A stretch of DNA of 63,200 bases, counting the filler, from Choristocarpus tenellus KU-1152 (taxonomy: Eukaryota; Protista; Phaeophyceae): NCBI GenBank assembly GCA_964200185.2. It is 10 parts of 10 records of this genome, joined end to end, with 100 filler letters (N's around TTAATTAATTAA, not from the genome) between each part and the next. Parts side by side here need not be neighbours in the genome. Positions count along the whole stretch, not along the records: positions 45,406 to 57,276 come from CAXNAD020002090.1; positions 57,377 to 63,200 come from CAXNAD020009667.1; 8 more parts are not named here. One strand, written 5' to 3'. The position numbers and the translations under genes were made by a program. Under the pieces are notes generated by a model. The model worked only from the letters and a program-made list of their open reading frames with translations, did no database searches and was not told the DNA's origin. Shown piece after piece: positions 52,050 to 63,200 of the stretch (position 1 is its first letter; every line of letters starts with the position of its first letter).

Positions 52050-54005
52050 TCCCTACGATGGTGTCAATAACAACACCATGGCTGTTCCCAAGTGAACAGG
52101 AGTCAAATCCACCTGGGCATCCCTAGGGACGCGGACCGCAATGGCCAGGTGTTGACTCACTGTCCTCACGAACACGAACACGACTTTCACGACCCTTGCC
52201 TCTACCACACAAGTATGGCAAACGAGCACACCGCGGATTGTCGAGGCACGACTGGGTTGTGTGACCCTCACGAGTCGCTGCCTGACAACCCGGGTACTGG
52301 CACACACTATTTTGCTGATCCATGGTGGACGTCGAGTTGGACGGTGAAGCTGAATAGGGCGACGTGTCTTGTGGTCGCGTTGGTCTGTCAGTGTGGCCGG
52401 CTGAGGGAGGTGGACCTGTCGACGACCGAACTGGGGCCCTGTTGAGGGTTGCCTCCCCTGCTCGGTGACGTTTCACCTCCGTACGGAGCCGTTGTTGGCA
52501 CTCTCGTTGAGATTGCTCGAGTTCGCTACGAGGAACCTGTCCGCGACGAGAATTGTGGGTCACCAAACTCGTGTAAGTTATGGAGTTGGGATTATGGCCA
52601 GACAAGTGGTTAGCTTCATGCTGTTTGGCACGGTCACGAGCTTAAGCAAACGAGGTGGCGGGTTCGTCCCGAATATGTTCAAGACGAATCGCGGGGAGTA
52701 AGCCATCCTCCATCAGCGTTATGCTCAGTTGCTCGACAAGTAAAGCTTTTGTGTCAACTGCATCTGAGGACGTCATTGTGCGATGAACATCATCCAAAAA
52801 ACGATTCATTGCTGTGGTGCAGCAACGTAAAGTATATTGATCAACAGTCTCGTTCTCCCCCTGTTTCAAAGACGTTAGTCGACGAGCTGATACAGTTACA
52901 GCATGGACGGGAGTGAATGCGGTGATCAGGGCTTTCTGGACATCATCCCACGTCTTTGGGGGTGTAATGGGGACGGGAGTGTCAAGAGGCGATTGCAAAC
53001 GAGCCAAATCACTGGTTGAACGCCACTCTACTGTGCCTGCCAACACCTGAAAGTAAAACGTTTCAGCTGGACCTTGAAGAATTTTCGGTAAAAATTCTAC
53101 ACATCGAGCGTTGACTGTTTCAGGGGGTGCAGAACCATACTGCCTAGAGTGCAAGGAAATTGCCACGTGCCATTTGGAAAACAAGAGTGGCAAATTTTCT
53201 TCTCCCGAACCTGTAATGACAAGACCAGATGGTATTTCCGAAGCGGAAAACCTGAAACGACTCGCTTCTGATATTGGTGGCGGACGTGTGGTGTCACTAC
53301 TCTGTGGAAGGGGTCTTACATGTGATCGGAATCCATTCCATGAGCTTATAGCCTCATCAAGTCCTGAAGCCATCCGGGAGGGACCGTGTTCGTTCTGGCG
53401 CACTCATTAACGTGGTGTGCGATGTACGATGGCACAGAATCCCCAAACTGTGCTTGTGACATGGCCACCTCACAAGTAGTAGAACTTGGGGGTGGGACTG
53501 TCTCTCCCTGGAATAGGAACCGACAAGTGTCACGGTCGCCCGAGCTAACACGATGCTCTAGGGTCAACAACACGGGTCTGCTATTCGCCTGTTAGTCTGT
53601 AAGAGGGAAAGGGGGGGATCCACGGCGCCGTTCAGCAAGTGTGGTGGTGCTGGATGACGTGGAGTGAATACTGGACGCGTCAGAGTCGAGGTGGATGGAA
53701 GACTCCATGTCTTCCATTGACTCGTGGTCTTGAGCCTCTTCTGGTGCTCTTGATGGCGCCAGGTCTGGGGTTCTCCGCTCTTGTGCCCTCCGCCTTCGTC
53801 TCGATCTAGAGTTCGGCATCTTTCCTCCACGGTCAACCAGAAATGCCCCGTCACCCTATTTCTGAGGACACCGGTGTCGCCAATGTGAATCGTGTGATTC
53901 TATGGCGGCGTGATTCACTCAGGCAAGGGTGGTGAAGATAATCACCGGGCAAGACGGACCACATGAACAAGTACGAACCGTGACCGAGGGGGTGCAAGGT
54001 TAAGG
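52050..54005 (-). mobile_element. Gypsy-like LTR retrotransposon 5' part: LTR end (53884-54005), PBS-like site, gag ORF 53403-52642
   Basis: Retrotransposon gag motif TWDDVQKALITAF...LTSLKQGENETVDQYTLR and downstream C/H knuckles. The LTR ends ...ttcaCA followed by TGGCGACACC. Confidence 0.75.
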
Positions 54006-54010
54006 TTGGT

Positions 54011-55950
54011 TGTTAAAGGAATTGGTGTTCCCAAGACTTGTGAATGTAAATAACTCGATTAATTCCTCATTATGCAGAACAGGTTGTACATGAAGTAATG
54101 AAGGTGTAAGAAAGGAGAGAGTGAGCTTCAAAGCTCAAAGGGGGTCATCACCTTACGATTCACATATTCTAACAACCCGTCATTTAGTCCGTTGTACTTT
54201 AATAACCCGCGAACAATACTTTCGTTGTCACCTGACAAAAACATACCATCGGTTATACTATAATAACCCGCGGACAATATTTTCATTATCCAACAATACT
54301 TCAACAACTCAACGTTTCTCCCACAATCATATTTTACATGAATAAAAAGCATATTCTTAACACACTCCCCTGCTTTGAACTTCAAGTGAAAAATACCATC
54401 TCAAAACATTATTTGAAGTATCTTAAACCAAAAACCAATTCCACTTCATCCTACGCATGATAACACTGGAGTGCCTATTAAAAGACTCCTTATACAAACC
54501 CTTAGTAAATAAATCTGCGTGTTGAAAATCCGTTGGCAAATACCCAATGACTATCTTGCATTCCCTCTCCATTCATTACCTTTTTGATGCGGCCCGCGTG
54601 TGCCCGCATACACAATGCACACCTTTTCAGGATATTCTAACCGAGGCGATTTCAGTCTTCTTCGATGTATCCAACACCCCGTAGTCGAGTGTTGAACATT
54701 TGGTGTCACCCAACACGGCCCTACTTCTATCGAACACTTCATGACCAAATATTATGCATGCCCCCTCATCCGAATTACATGGCAGCACCGCCGATGTTCA
54801 CATCATCAATATCAAACTCGAGTGTCAAAGGGAAACAAACCCACCAACCCATATCGTAACCTCACTTAAATCCCACTCAGGAAACGGAGACTCAAGAGAC
54901 TGCCCAAGACCAGTGCCGCTCGTTCGTGGAAGAAATCCAAAACGGACCAGATCATGGACCTCTTTCTCTCCATGTTTGTCAACCACGATGGTCTAGAAGA
55001 GATGGAAGGAAGCGGCCGCACTTGGAACAACCTTGCCTCTTGGATATTGGATGAGAAGAGCAGGTTTGCACCATTGGCGAGCGTGCTTCAAGTTGTGCTG
55101 GATTGGGAACAACGCGAGTCCATGCCCGATCTCCAGGTCAAGACATTCCCAGACTGTCTAAGGAAAGATCTTAGCACCGATCACACCTGCCAGGCATACA
55201 ACTCCATTCTCGTTGGCATTGCTCCTCATGTTGAAATACTGGATGACGGGGTGACATCGACGTTTCAACCCCTTCTGTCCATCACAGTAAGAAAATACAA
55301 CATCAAGGTCGAAACACTAAGGTCATCCGCAAAGATACGCAAGGAATTCATATGAGACATGCGGTGACAGGCGAGCCCCTCCGCAGCACCTGCCAATGAC
55401 GCTGGAGACGCTGGAGGATCGTCTCCCGTATCCGACACTCACGCCCTTCTGTGCTCTCCACAAGGCACCACCCAGAGGTATGAAAGTTCGTACTCACCAA
55501 CCATCCATGGTGTGTCATACAGATTTTCGCTCCCGGGCGAACACGTCCCCTGTATGTATCCAAGAGAACAAATTAATCATTAACAGATGCTCGGGGATAT
55601 CCTTTATATTGTGGTGGTGCGCAACTGACACCTGCCCCACATGTTCCATCATTACCTCAGACCAAATGGCAGACCAAGGGTATTCAAAGTGGGAAGGGAC
55701 AGCTCCTCGTGACAGTTCGATGTGCAGCATCCTGATACACATGTTCTTGGCATCACTGTATGGGAGAGCAACAGCACCGCCATGCCCCACAATCCGATCA
55801 CATCTCATGATTCCTCTCAGGGCATACACTACTTGGACCCGCATTCGAACAAGAGAGTTTGCTGCCCGGATACACTGTGACAACAGCACGCTCAGAGGTA
55901 CTCCACACGAGCGACTCGCATAGTTACAAGCGTTGCGCATATCCCCCATT
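54011..55950 (-). mobile_element. Copia element 3' part: degenerate pol, PPT and 352-bp LTR (54011-54362)
   Basis: IGYLPTDFQHADLFTKGL is the copia RNase H end. PPT aagcaggggag precedes an LTR bounded by TGTTAA...TTAACA. Confidence 0.8.
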
Positions 55951-55960
55951 CACACTATGG

Positions 55961-56219
55961 GAGCCAAAGCATCTTAGAGGGTAGAGCCGTGTCCATATGG
56001 GGGTCAAAATCTAAGGTTGTGATTTTGATGTAATTTTGGCTATCGTGTTTGTTAGGAAGTGTCAATATCTATGTTTCGGACACATCTTTCATAACGCATA
56101 CATTTTACCTACTTAAAAAAATGTTGGAGTAGGAAAATGTGTAATAAAAAACCCCATGGGATCCGAGCCCCAAATGGACAAACAGGGCGAAACTTGCACC
56201 CTCTAAGATACTTTAACCC
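55961..56219. mobile_element. MITE family 1, complete copy
   Basis: gagccaaagcatcttagagggta ... caccctctaagatactttaaccc. Confidence 0.85.
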
Positions 56220-57075
56220 AATACAGATACAAAGTTTCGATAGAACATGTGGGAACTAAGACTCAACTGGCAGACGTACTGACCGAATTTAGGGGGCAAC
56301 AACTCTTCAAAGAACTACATAGTGCAGTTCGTGGTTTGAATGAAGGAGATTGAACTGCTTATAATCAAGTTTCTGACATCCTTGATCGTACCATGTCTAC
56401 ATCAAAGGATAATTCAACAGTATTATGCCCGCTGACATTTGCAGATGTGCTTGGGGAGGGAAAAGACAACGACCAAAAACTATAAAGTATTTGTCGTTTC
56501 CATGTACCAAAAGAGGCTCCAGAAGTTCAATGACCTCAAGAAGTTTGAGATCAAGTTTCATGGACAGAGTCCAACGTAAGTTTCAACTAATCAACACAAG
56601 GGAGACGTGTGAGTAGTTAAACAGAGCAAATGATTTTTTGGACGAGTGGCATTCCAGGGAAGTGTGCTAGCTAATGCATACATCAAACTTAAGCAGCAAC
56701 CCGTCCTAAAGAAGCGGGTAGGGCAACGGAAGCAGATCACAGCATGTGCACACTCACCATTGCCTACTGAACGCTGCTTTTGTTATTGTATCTTACAACA
56801 TGATCCACAACCTTTATTAACCACACATAACACGACTCAGTGCTTATCCTGGGAGATAAGAAAAGTGCACAATGTCTTGTTCTACTTTTTGGTATGAGTT
56901 GCGCTCTCTATCACTTATTTAGAGAGCTGTTGGTCCATGTGCACAAGTATGAGTAATTTGTAACGGAGATTATATGCCTCCTCTTCTGCAATCTCTCCTT
57001 CTCTGAGAGATGATCCGATCCTGAACTCTGTCTCAGGAGACAGAGTCTCCTTTCTCATTATTTCTTCCCTTTTGA

Positions 57076-57276
57076 GGGTGAAAATATCTTAGAGGGTACG
57101 ATTTTTGCCCTGTTTGTCCGTTTGGGGCTTGGCTTCCCACGGGTTTCTTACGACATTTTCCTACTTTCAAAAGCATTTCTGAGTAGGTAAAATATATAAA
57201 TCATGAAAAGGTGTGGGTCAAAGTATCTGGGGGGGGGGTGTCGGCGTCCTTTTTTCACCCTTTTTTCGATTTTCAC
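57076..57276. mobile_element. MITE family 1 half, interrupted at 57215 by a family 2-like end
   Basis: gggtgaaaatatcttagagggtacg... then gggtcaaagtatctgggggg up to the contig end. Confidence 0.75.
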
Positions 57277-57376
57277 NNNNNNNNNNNNNNNNNNNNNNNN
57301 NNNNNNNNNNNNNNNNNNNNTTAATTAATTAANNNNNNNNNNNNNNNNNNNNNNNNNNNNNNNNNNNNNNNNNNNN

Positions 57377-57430
57377 CCCCACAAATGGACAAACAGGGAA
57401 AAAATCGTACCCTCTAAGATAGTTTCACTC
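57377..57430. mobile_element. MITE family 1 end at contig start
   Basis: caaatggacaaacagggaaaaaatcgtaccctctaagatagtttcactc. Confidence 0.75.
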
Positions 57431-58369
57431 ATCACTTCACTAACATACACAAGGACGAGTCCCGAATTTCAGATTCGACAACACCGTCTATTCCGATTTT
57501 AGTTTGCTTGATCAAAACATCTTGACCATCGTCAACCTGTGATCTCGACATTCACTACACTTCCCACAATACTGCAGTACCTTCAATGCAAGGCTTTGTG
57601 TGGATAGTTCGATGAATCACATTTATTTGGAACAAAGAGTTTTTCTCACAATTACAATCCGGTCATCAAAATAAAACATCGTCAAGTTCTAACTCCCATA
57701 ACAAGATAAGTTTAAACACACACACTTATTCTGGCGCTTTCTGTGTTGTATCACCAATCTTGTGAATTCAATCTACGTCACCACAACACTCTATATACAT
57801 TGCTTCCATATCAACGGAGGATCTATCCACCTATATGTTAAGCTATATATTTGGTATACTACCACAGAATTAAAACAAATCACATGGAAATAATTGGTTC
57901 GGTTTTGTTCTTTTCTATTATTCATTCCACCATAGTACAATTGGAATTAGCTCGAACTTCTTTGCATTCTTGACGTATGCATATACATTTGTAGTCTTGT
58001 TTAGGATTTTGGGAATGGTTCTTATGGAATGTTCTGATCCTGTGTAGAAAGTGTAGGGATGAGAATGAGAGTTTGGTGATGTGTAGTGGGACGGAAGGGT
58101 TGTATTGTTTATCCAATTGAAAAACATGAAACGGGCAAAACGGGTACAAATATTGGAAAAAAGTGGTCGGAAACAGGAGGGAGACATGAAGAGTAGACAA
58201 GGGGTGTTGTACCTGTCAACATGGGAATAAGAATGGGTAGAGGACAATTTGAGCAGGGGTCTTGTGACGGAGGGCCCCATTATCCAACTTGTTTTTCATT
58301 ATACCTGGTTTACGGCAAAATAACACATTAATATTTCATGTTTGTTGATAAATCAACACGACAGATGAA

Positions 58370-59000
58370 TATAATTATGCCCTCTGACATTTTGCAGGCA
58401 TGTCAGGGGAAAAGCCAAACCAATATCACAAGGACCCCTGTAAAAGTAGCAGTAGTCGTAAATGTGAAAGATATATCTCTAGAATCTATGCACTACTAAA
58501 ATATCAGCTCTATTATAGCACTCCCTTAAAGGTTGGTAATTGCAATGTTCTTTGTACGCTACTGCTATGCCTCCAACCTAGCTTGACCCTACGCATTTGA
58601 GCGAGGAGCTAGGGAAGCATCCCCAGGATCTGACAGGTCGCTCCTTGCCCATCTCCGCGGTGATTCCAGCTTGAAACACATGAAACGTCTCGAGAGTCCC
58701 TTGTGTAGTGACAGACACTATTTGTCGTAACCCGGGTGTTGACAGTCCCTTTCCTGCTATAACCTCTCGACCCTCTCCCCCCCACTGCATGTGTAGCCAA
58801 CTCATCCATATAGCTTTCTCCTTTCTTGCTGAGGCGTCCAGAACGTTCCACCGGTACCGCAAAGGTGTCGAGGTTAAAACTATGAGGGCCAAAAGAACCC
58901 TCATTGTGGGTACGTTTTTGTGGCTCAGCTGCAGCAGCAATTACACCATTGCTGGTGGATGAGTGTGGCAGATAGGAGGCCTTTGTCCCCTTAGGGAGCT
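58370..59000 (-). mobile_element. CRE-like non-LTR element, 5'-truncated copy with 3' tail
   Basis: SFGPHSFNLDTFAV..ERSGRLSKKGESYMDELA parallels 11330-11425. The tail matches 10190-10335. Confidence 0.7.
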
Positions 59001-61101
59001 GATCCAGCGAACACTTAGGGTTAGAGCAATCTTTCTTGCAGTGTGCAATATACTCTATTTCATTGCTTTATGTGCACAGTAGTGTACTGGAAATTGATAC
59101 TGCCCCTTTCCACACAAAATGACGCCACAATTAAGGAACAATTCTTTCCGCAATTCTACCAAGTGGCGCATTTTTGCCCTTTCTCCGAAAACTTTGAATG
59201 CAACCCTGTCTATCTATCAATTGATTTCGCTCGATTTCAACTGATCTTTCAATATTCACAGGTTCTCGGGAGATAGAATTACCACTATTTTAAAAATGAC
59301 CTGTTGCTACAACCTTGTACTCCTACCAGTGGGGCCCAACTTCCCTGCAAACCATTGATGCTCGCTACGTTTAACAATTTCCTAAGATTTAGTGTGTTTG
59401 TAAAAGCTCCAAGCTTTCTGAATCCTCTGACCTAATCTCAGCAGGGATAGCAGCATGACCACTATGATTCCCCCGCGGTAAGCTTAATTTTTACGTCTGC
59501 TTGTAGTTCTGGTCCAGTGCCTAGATCTACACATTTTCTGCAGCCTGATTTACAGATACCATCGCTAGGTCACTACGTATGACTATGAATATTGTAAGAT
59601 CAATACATAAATGAATAAATTGGTTCATGTGGGACAGGGTGGCGTCGGTCAGAAAGGGGAGGAGTGAGGAAAGTGCGGTGACTATTCATGTTGAAGTCAA
59701 AGTGTTGCGTCGAAATCAGAGGTAAGTACAAACTATAATAACAAATAGCTATATGGAGCTGATGGTGGAACATAAAGCCAGACAGATGGATGAGTTTGGA
59801 GGAATTACTTGGTTATACAATGTACGCGCATGAGAGATGACAACCAGCTGTATAGAGCTGGCGCTTTTAAGTTTTACTATATTTTTTAGGATTTTTTTTT
59901 TTAAAGATGGATATGCCCCAGACCGCAAGTGACAAGAACGAAGTCTGCACTGGTAACGAGGTGAAGTAGTCAGGTAGTAGAAAAGTATAATAATATATAG
60001 TAGGACACACACTTTAAGTAGGGTACAATATTTCCAACTTGCACGTATTTATATATTTTTGGGATAAGTGTGCGGACCAGCAATCACAATATTCAGTAGT
60101 GGTATCGTACAGATGCACATAGCTGGACGGACAATAACTGCTTGGTTTTACACATTACTTGTGCGAGAGGGACCGAAGAGAATTGTAACTGTCCCTGTAA
60201 GTAAATAAACAGGTTCCCAGGTGAGTGCAGGATTCCCTATGTCAACTTGCCCTGCCTAAATTTTTGTTGTCAAATCTTGTGAGAGTGACTGGCATTGTCT
60301 TCCTCGTGATCGATTTGGTGATTGAACAAGGTTTCACACCAACATAGAGTTTCCTCATACTGACAACACAATGGTGCTGATTGTTGCTGTTCAGAGTCCA
60401 ATTTTTTTTTTTCCGTTGCTATTGATTGTTCTCAGGTTACCGGGCTGTTAAATCTCTCATAGTATTATCTGCATCTCTCTTGCCTTATCAAGCTATGGCT
60501 GATGTTTTAGCACTCTGACGCCCTGAGAAGGTCAGAGCCCTCCCATTTGAAAAGTGTTAGGATAAAAGGATGTTTCCACACAGGAATAATTAACAACAAA
60601 GTCTGCACCTCCAGTCACAGGCTTAACCGGTCTGGCACAACTCTCACATTCCCATTATGACTACATTATTTCATGTTTCGTGCACCATACTGGAGAAAAA
60701 AAAAGTAGGTAAAGGAGATGAATGAACCCACTTGGTTGAGAGTCAAGGAACAACTAAGTAGCCCCAATAGTAACATTTTAATGGACATTTTTTGGAGTAC
60801 ATAGAGGTTTGGAGGTGGTGAATGACTGGCACTGGCAGACCTGCACAGCCTGAATGGCACCACTTGGCGGGACTCTAACATAGAGGTGAAAATTGGCGTC
60901 ATTGTGTAAAAAAAAAATGCTTCGTGAGGAATTCAAGAAGTGAATTGGTAGTGGTAATAATTGCTTGACCTGAATCAAATATGTAGATGCTGGTTTGAGG
61001 TAAATATACTATGGAAAGTTTAACATATCTCTACACAAACACTAAACGAAAAAGCAGAAGAAATAGCAATCGAGCAACTGCTCTACAATTCACTTTACTG
61101 G

Positions 61102-62016
61102 TCATTGCCATAAACTAACGTCGGGATCCTCTTCATTTTGCTCATCAAAACCCAGCAGCTCCAATTTTGGGCTACTCTCGCTTCCCTCCTTGTCCCATGT
61201 CCGAGCTCGTGAACCCAGTGTAGTCCTACCACCTTCAATAGATCCATCACTGGAGGCATCCACTGATGCTGACACCAGATCTATGTTTGCCACTATTGTT
61301 TGCCTTGCTGGGTTTTGCATCCCAGCAGGTTCAGATTGAGGCACAGATTTAGAAACTGCTGCATGGAGCTTTTGAAGTTCCCCTCGCAGTTGGGAAGCTT
61401 CTTTTTCTACTTCAAGGCGATCCTTCTGGGCTTTCTTTAAATTCTGTATGGCGTGCTGCTTCTCCTGGAAGAGGTTACCCACCTTCTCATCATCAGAAAG
61501 GGCAAGGGGGTGGATAGTGGGCGAAGATGAATTACAGTGATAGGTTCCTGAGAAGGGGAACAAGCAAAAAATTATATATTCTTGGTGTGGTGATCTTCAA
61601 AGTGTTTTTCTTAATGGTAAAGAGCTGGCGCTAGACTGAACCACTGCTGTTAAATTTTCCTGTACACATCAGTATTCTTTGTCCAACCCCTTTTTCTAGA
61701 GTCTGATCTAAGCCCAAGTTTCGACTGAAGTTCGGAGTTCTCCGATTTTAGGTCTAACACCTCTACCTCTAACTGTGATGAATAGTACCGCGACAATTGC
61801 TGATTTGATCTGTGTTGGAATTTTTTCCACAGTGTCCCTATCCGCCATGTGGAAAGGAACAAAGACATAAATATATACTTGTAGTGTACTGAACACAACT
61901 GGAGGCAAGGTATTCACACATTGTGAGGAATAAACTTTCGCAGCTATGACAGGTTTTTTCTATTTTCATCTCACCTTGGCCTCTGCGGTTGCTGCCCTGG
62001 CCTCCATCTTCCTATC
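61102..62016 (-). CDS. Coiled-coil protein, last three exons (62016-61975, 61772-61688, 61547-61102)
   Basis: Phase-compatible GT-AG splicing gives DRKMEARAATAEAK|LEVEVLDLKSENSELQSKL...|...QNLKKAQKDRLEVEKEASQLRGELQKL. Family not recognised. Confidence 0.65.
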
Positions 62017-63104
62017 CTTGAGATGATTTACTCCTTTCAACATACATGAATAGTCTCGGGCCCCCTCCCCAGGCAGCAACACCCGTCGTTGTGGTAGGCT
62101 TTGCTTCTCCCTTCCCATCCCAAGTCCCTTCGACCCCTGCCTCACCCTCTGCCTCTCTACCAGTCCTCCTTCTGTCTGTCTCCTTCGACCATACAAAGGG
62201 CAGTAGCCGGTGAAATCACCCCGACTCAGTCCGGGAACGGTTTGTCGACCCAGCCCGTGTGGCTGGCCCTTGCTTGACTCTGGCCCTTCTGTCCCTGCAA
62301 AAGATTTGTACCTCTGGCACCCTTCCTCCCTTTTGGTATTGTGGGTTACCTCTTTGCCTCCAGTCTCATTGCCGCTCCTTCCAATGGTCTTTATGGTAGT
62401 CCCCATCCCAGCATTGTTTCCTTGCAGTTTTGCATTTTTGGGGATCATGGGTATCCTAGTAAGGGCAGATGTTCCCAGGGTAACTGGGAGAGGATTCAAG
62501 AATAGAATGGAACAGAGGCTTGGATAGAAGCGAGGACAACAGGGGAGGGGGCTAACAATGTTTCTGGCGAAGCCCCTGAAGAAATGAACTTTGCTACCTC
62601 TCTATCTCTAGGGGGGGGGAATGACCCCTGCAAGAGTTGTAGTGGATAGGACAAGTGGTTTTAGGGAGTGGCATGGTGGCAACAGGTAGGTTGGGGGACC
62701 AGGACACAAACCTTGAGACATGGTGGAGAGGAAGGGGTGAGAAGTACATAGTGTAGTCTTGCAGGAGAGTCCAGGTGCTGATCTGTGGTGTTGAGACCAT
62801 TGACGGAATTTTTCGCGGTCAAACTGGAATTGAGGAGGAGAGGTTGGGGTATGAGAAGGTGTTGTGGAATAAGACTGTGCAAGAGAGAAAGGGGTAGGGA
62901 TGAGAGGCAGTAGGAGGTGCGGGGAAGGTAGCAGACCTTTCAAGGTTTACCACCGAAAAATTCGGGAAACATCCCCCAAAGTAATGTCGCTGCTGCAAAT
63001 CAACTTTATAAACAGGGTGAATGATCCCTTAAACAGCAATATCCATCCCTCTGTGTCATAACCCAAGCTCCCCTCCCTTCACTTGCACACACCTATCCAC
63101 TTTG

Positions 63105-63200
63105 GACTCAAAGTATCTGGGGGCGGGGGGGGGGCCTACACCAGGGGGTCCATTTGGGTCAAAGTCGAGAAAAGTGCATTTACATTATCCATCCGACGTA
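63105..63200. mobile_element. MITE family 2, left part
   Basis: gactcaaagtatctgggg...gtccatttgggtcaaagtcgagaaaagtgca...tccatccgac aligns with 31119-31215. Confidence 0.8.

Noticed and set aside
62050-63000. Possible gag remnant (CPIH..H motif)
   Set aside because: Only one weak motif amid frameshifts, so it is left unannotated.

Overview
Eukaryotic nuclear DNA made of 10 unrelated contigs joined by an artificial 100-nt linker (N44-TTAATTAATTAA-N44), so adjacency across linkers means nothing. Long GT-AG introns, short exons, (TTAGGG)n motifs and the protein sequences suggest a stramenopile, possibly a brown alga; this is inference. Hand-spliced, frame-consistent partial genes: an ankyrin-repeat protein, NOC2-like, adenylosuccinate synthetase, lumazine synthase, ZGPAT-like, one CDF zinc-transporter exon and a coiled-coil protein. 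There is also one intact tRNA-Gly(GCC). The rest is decayed transposon DNA (copia, gypsy, CRE-like non-LTR, hAT, a possible Helitron) and minisatellites. The most notable signals are three small MITE families sharing one terminal motif, a duplicated in-frame splice acceptor in the adenylosuccinate synthetase gene, and an exon-encoded [IV]GF tail on lumazine synthase. I found no CRISPR array or prokaryotic system, and nothing I can firmly call a new biological system.
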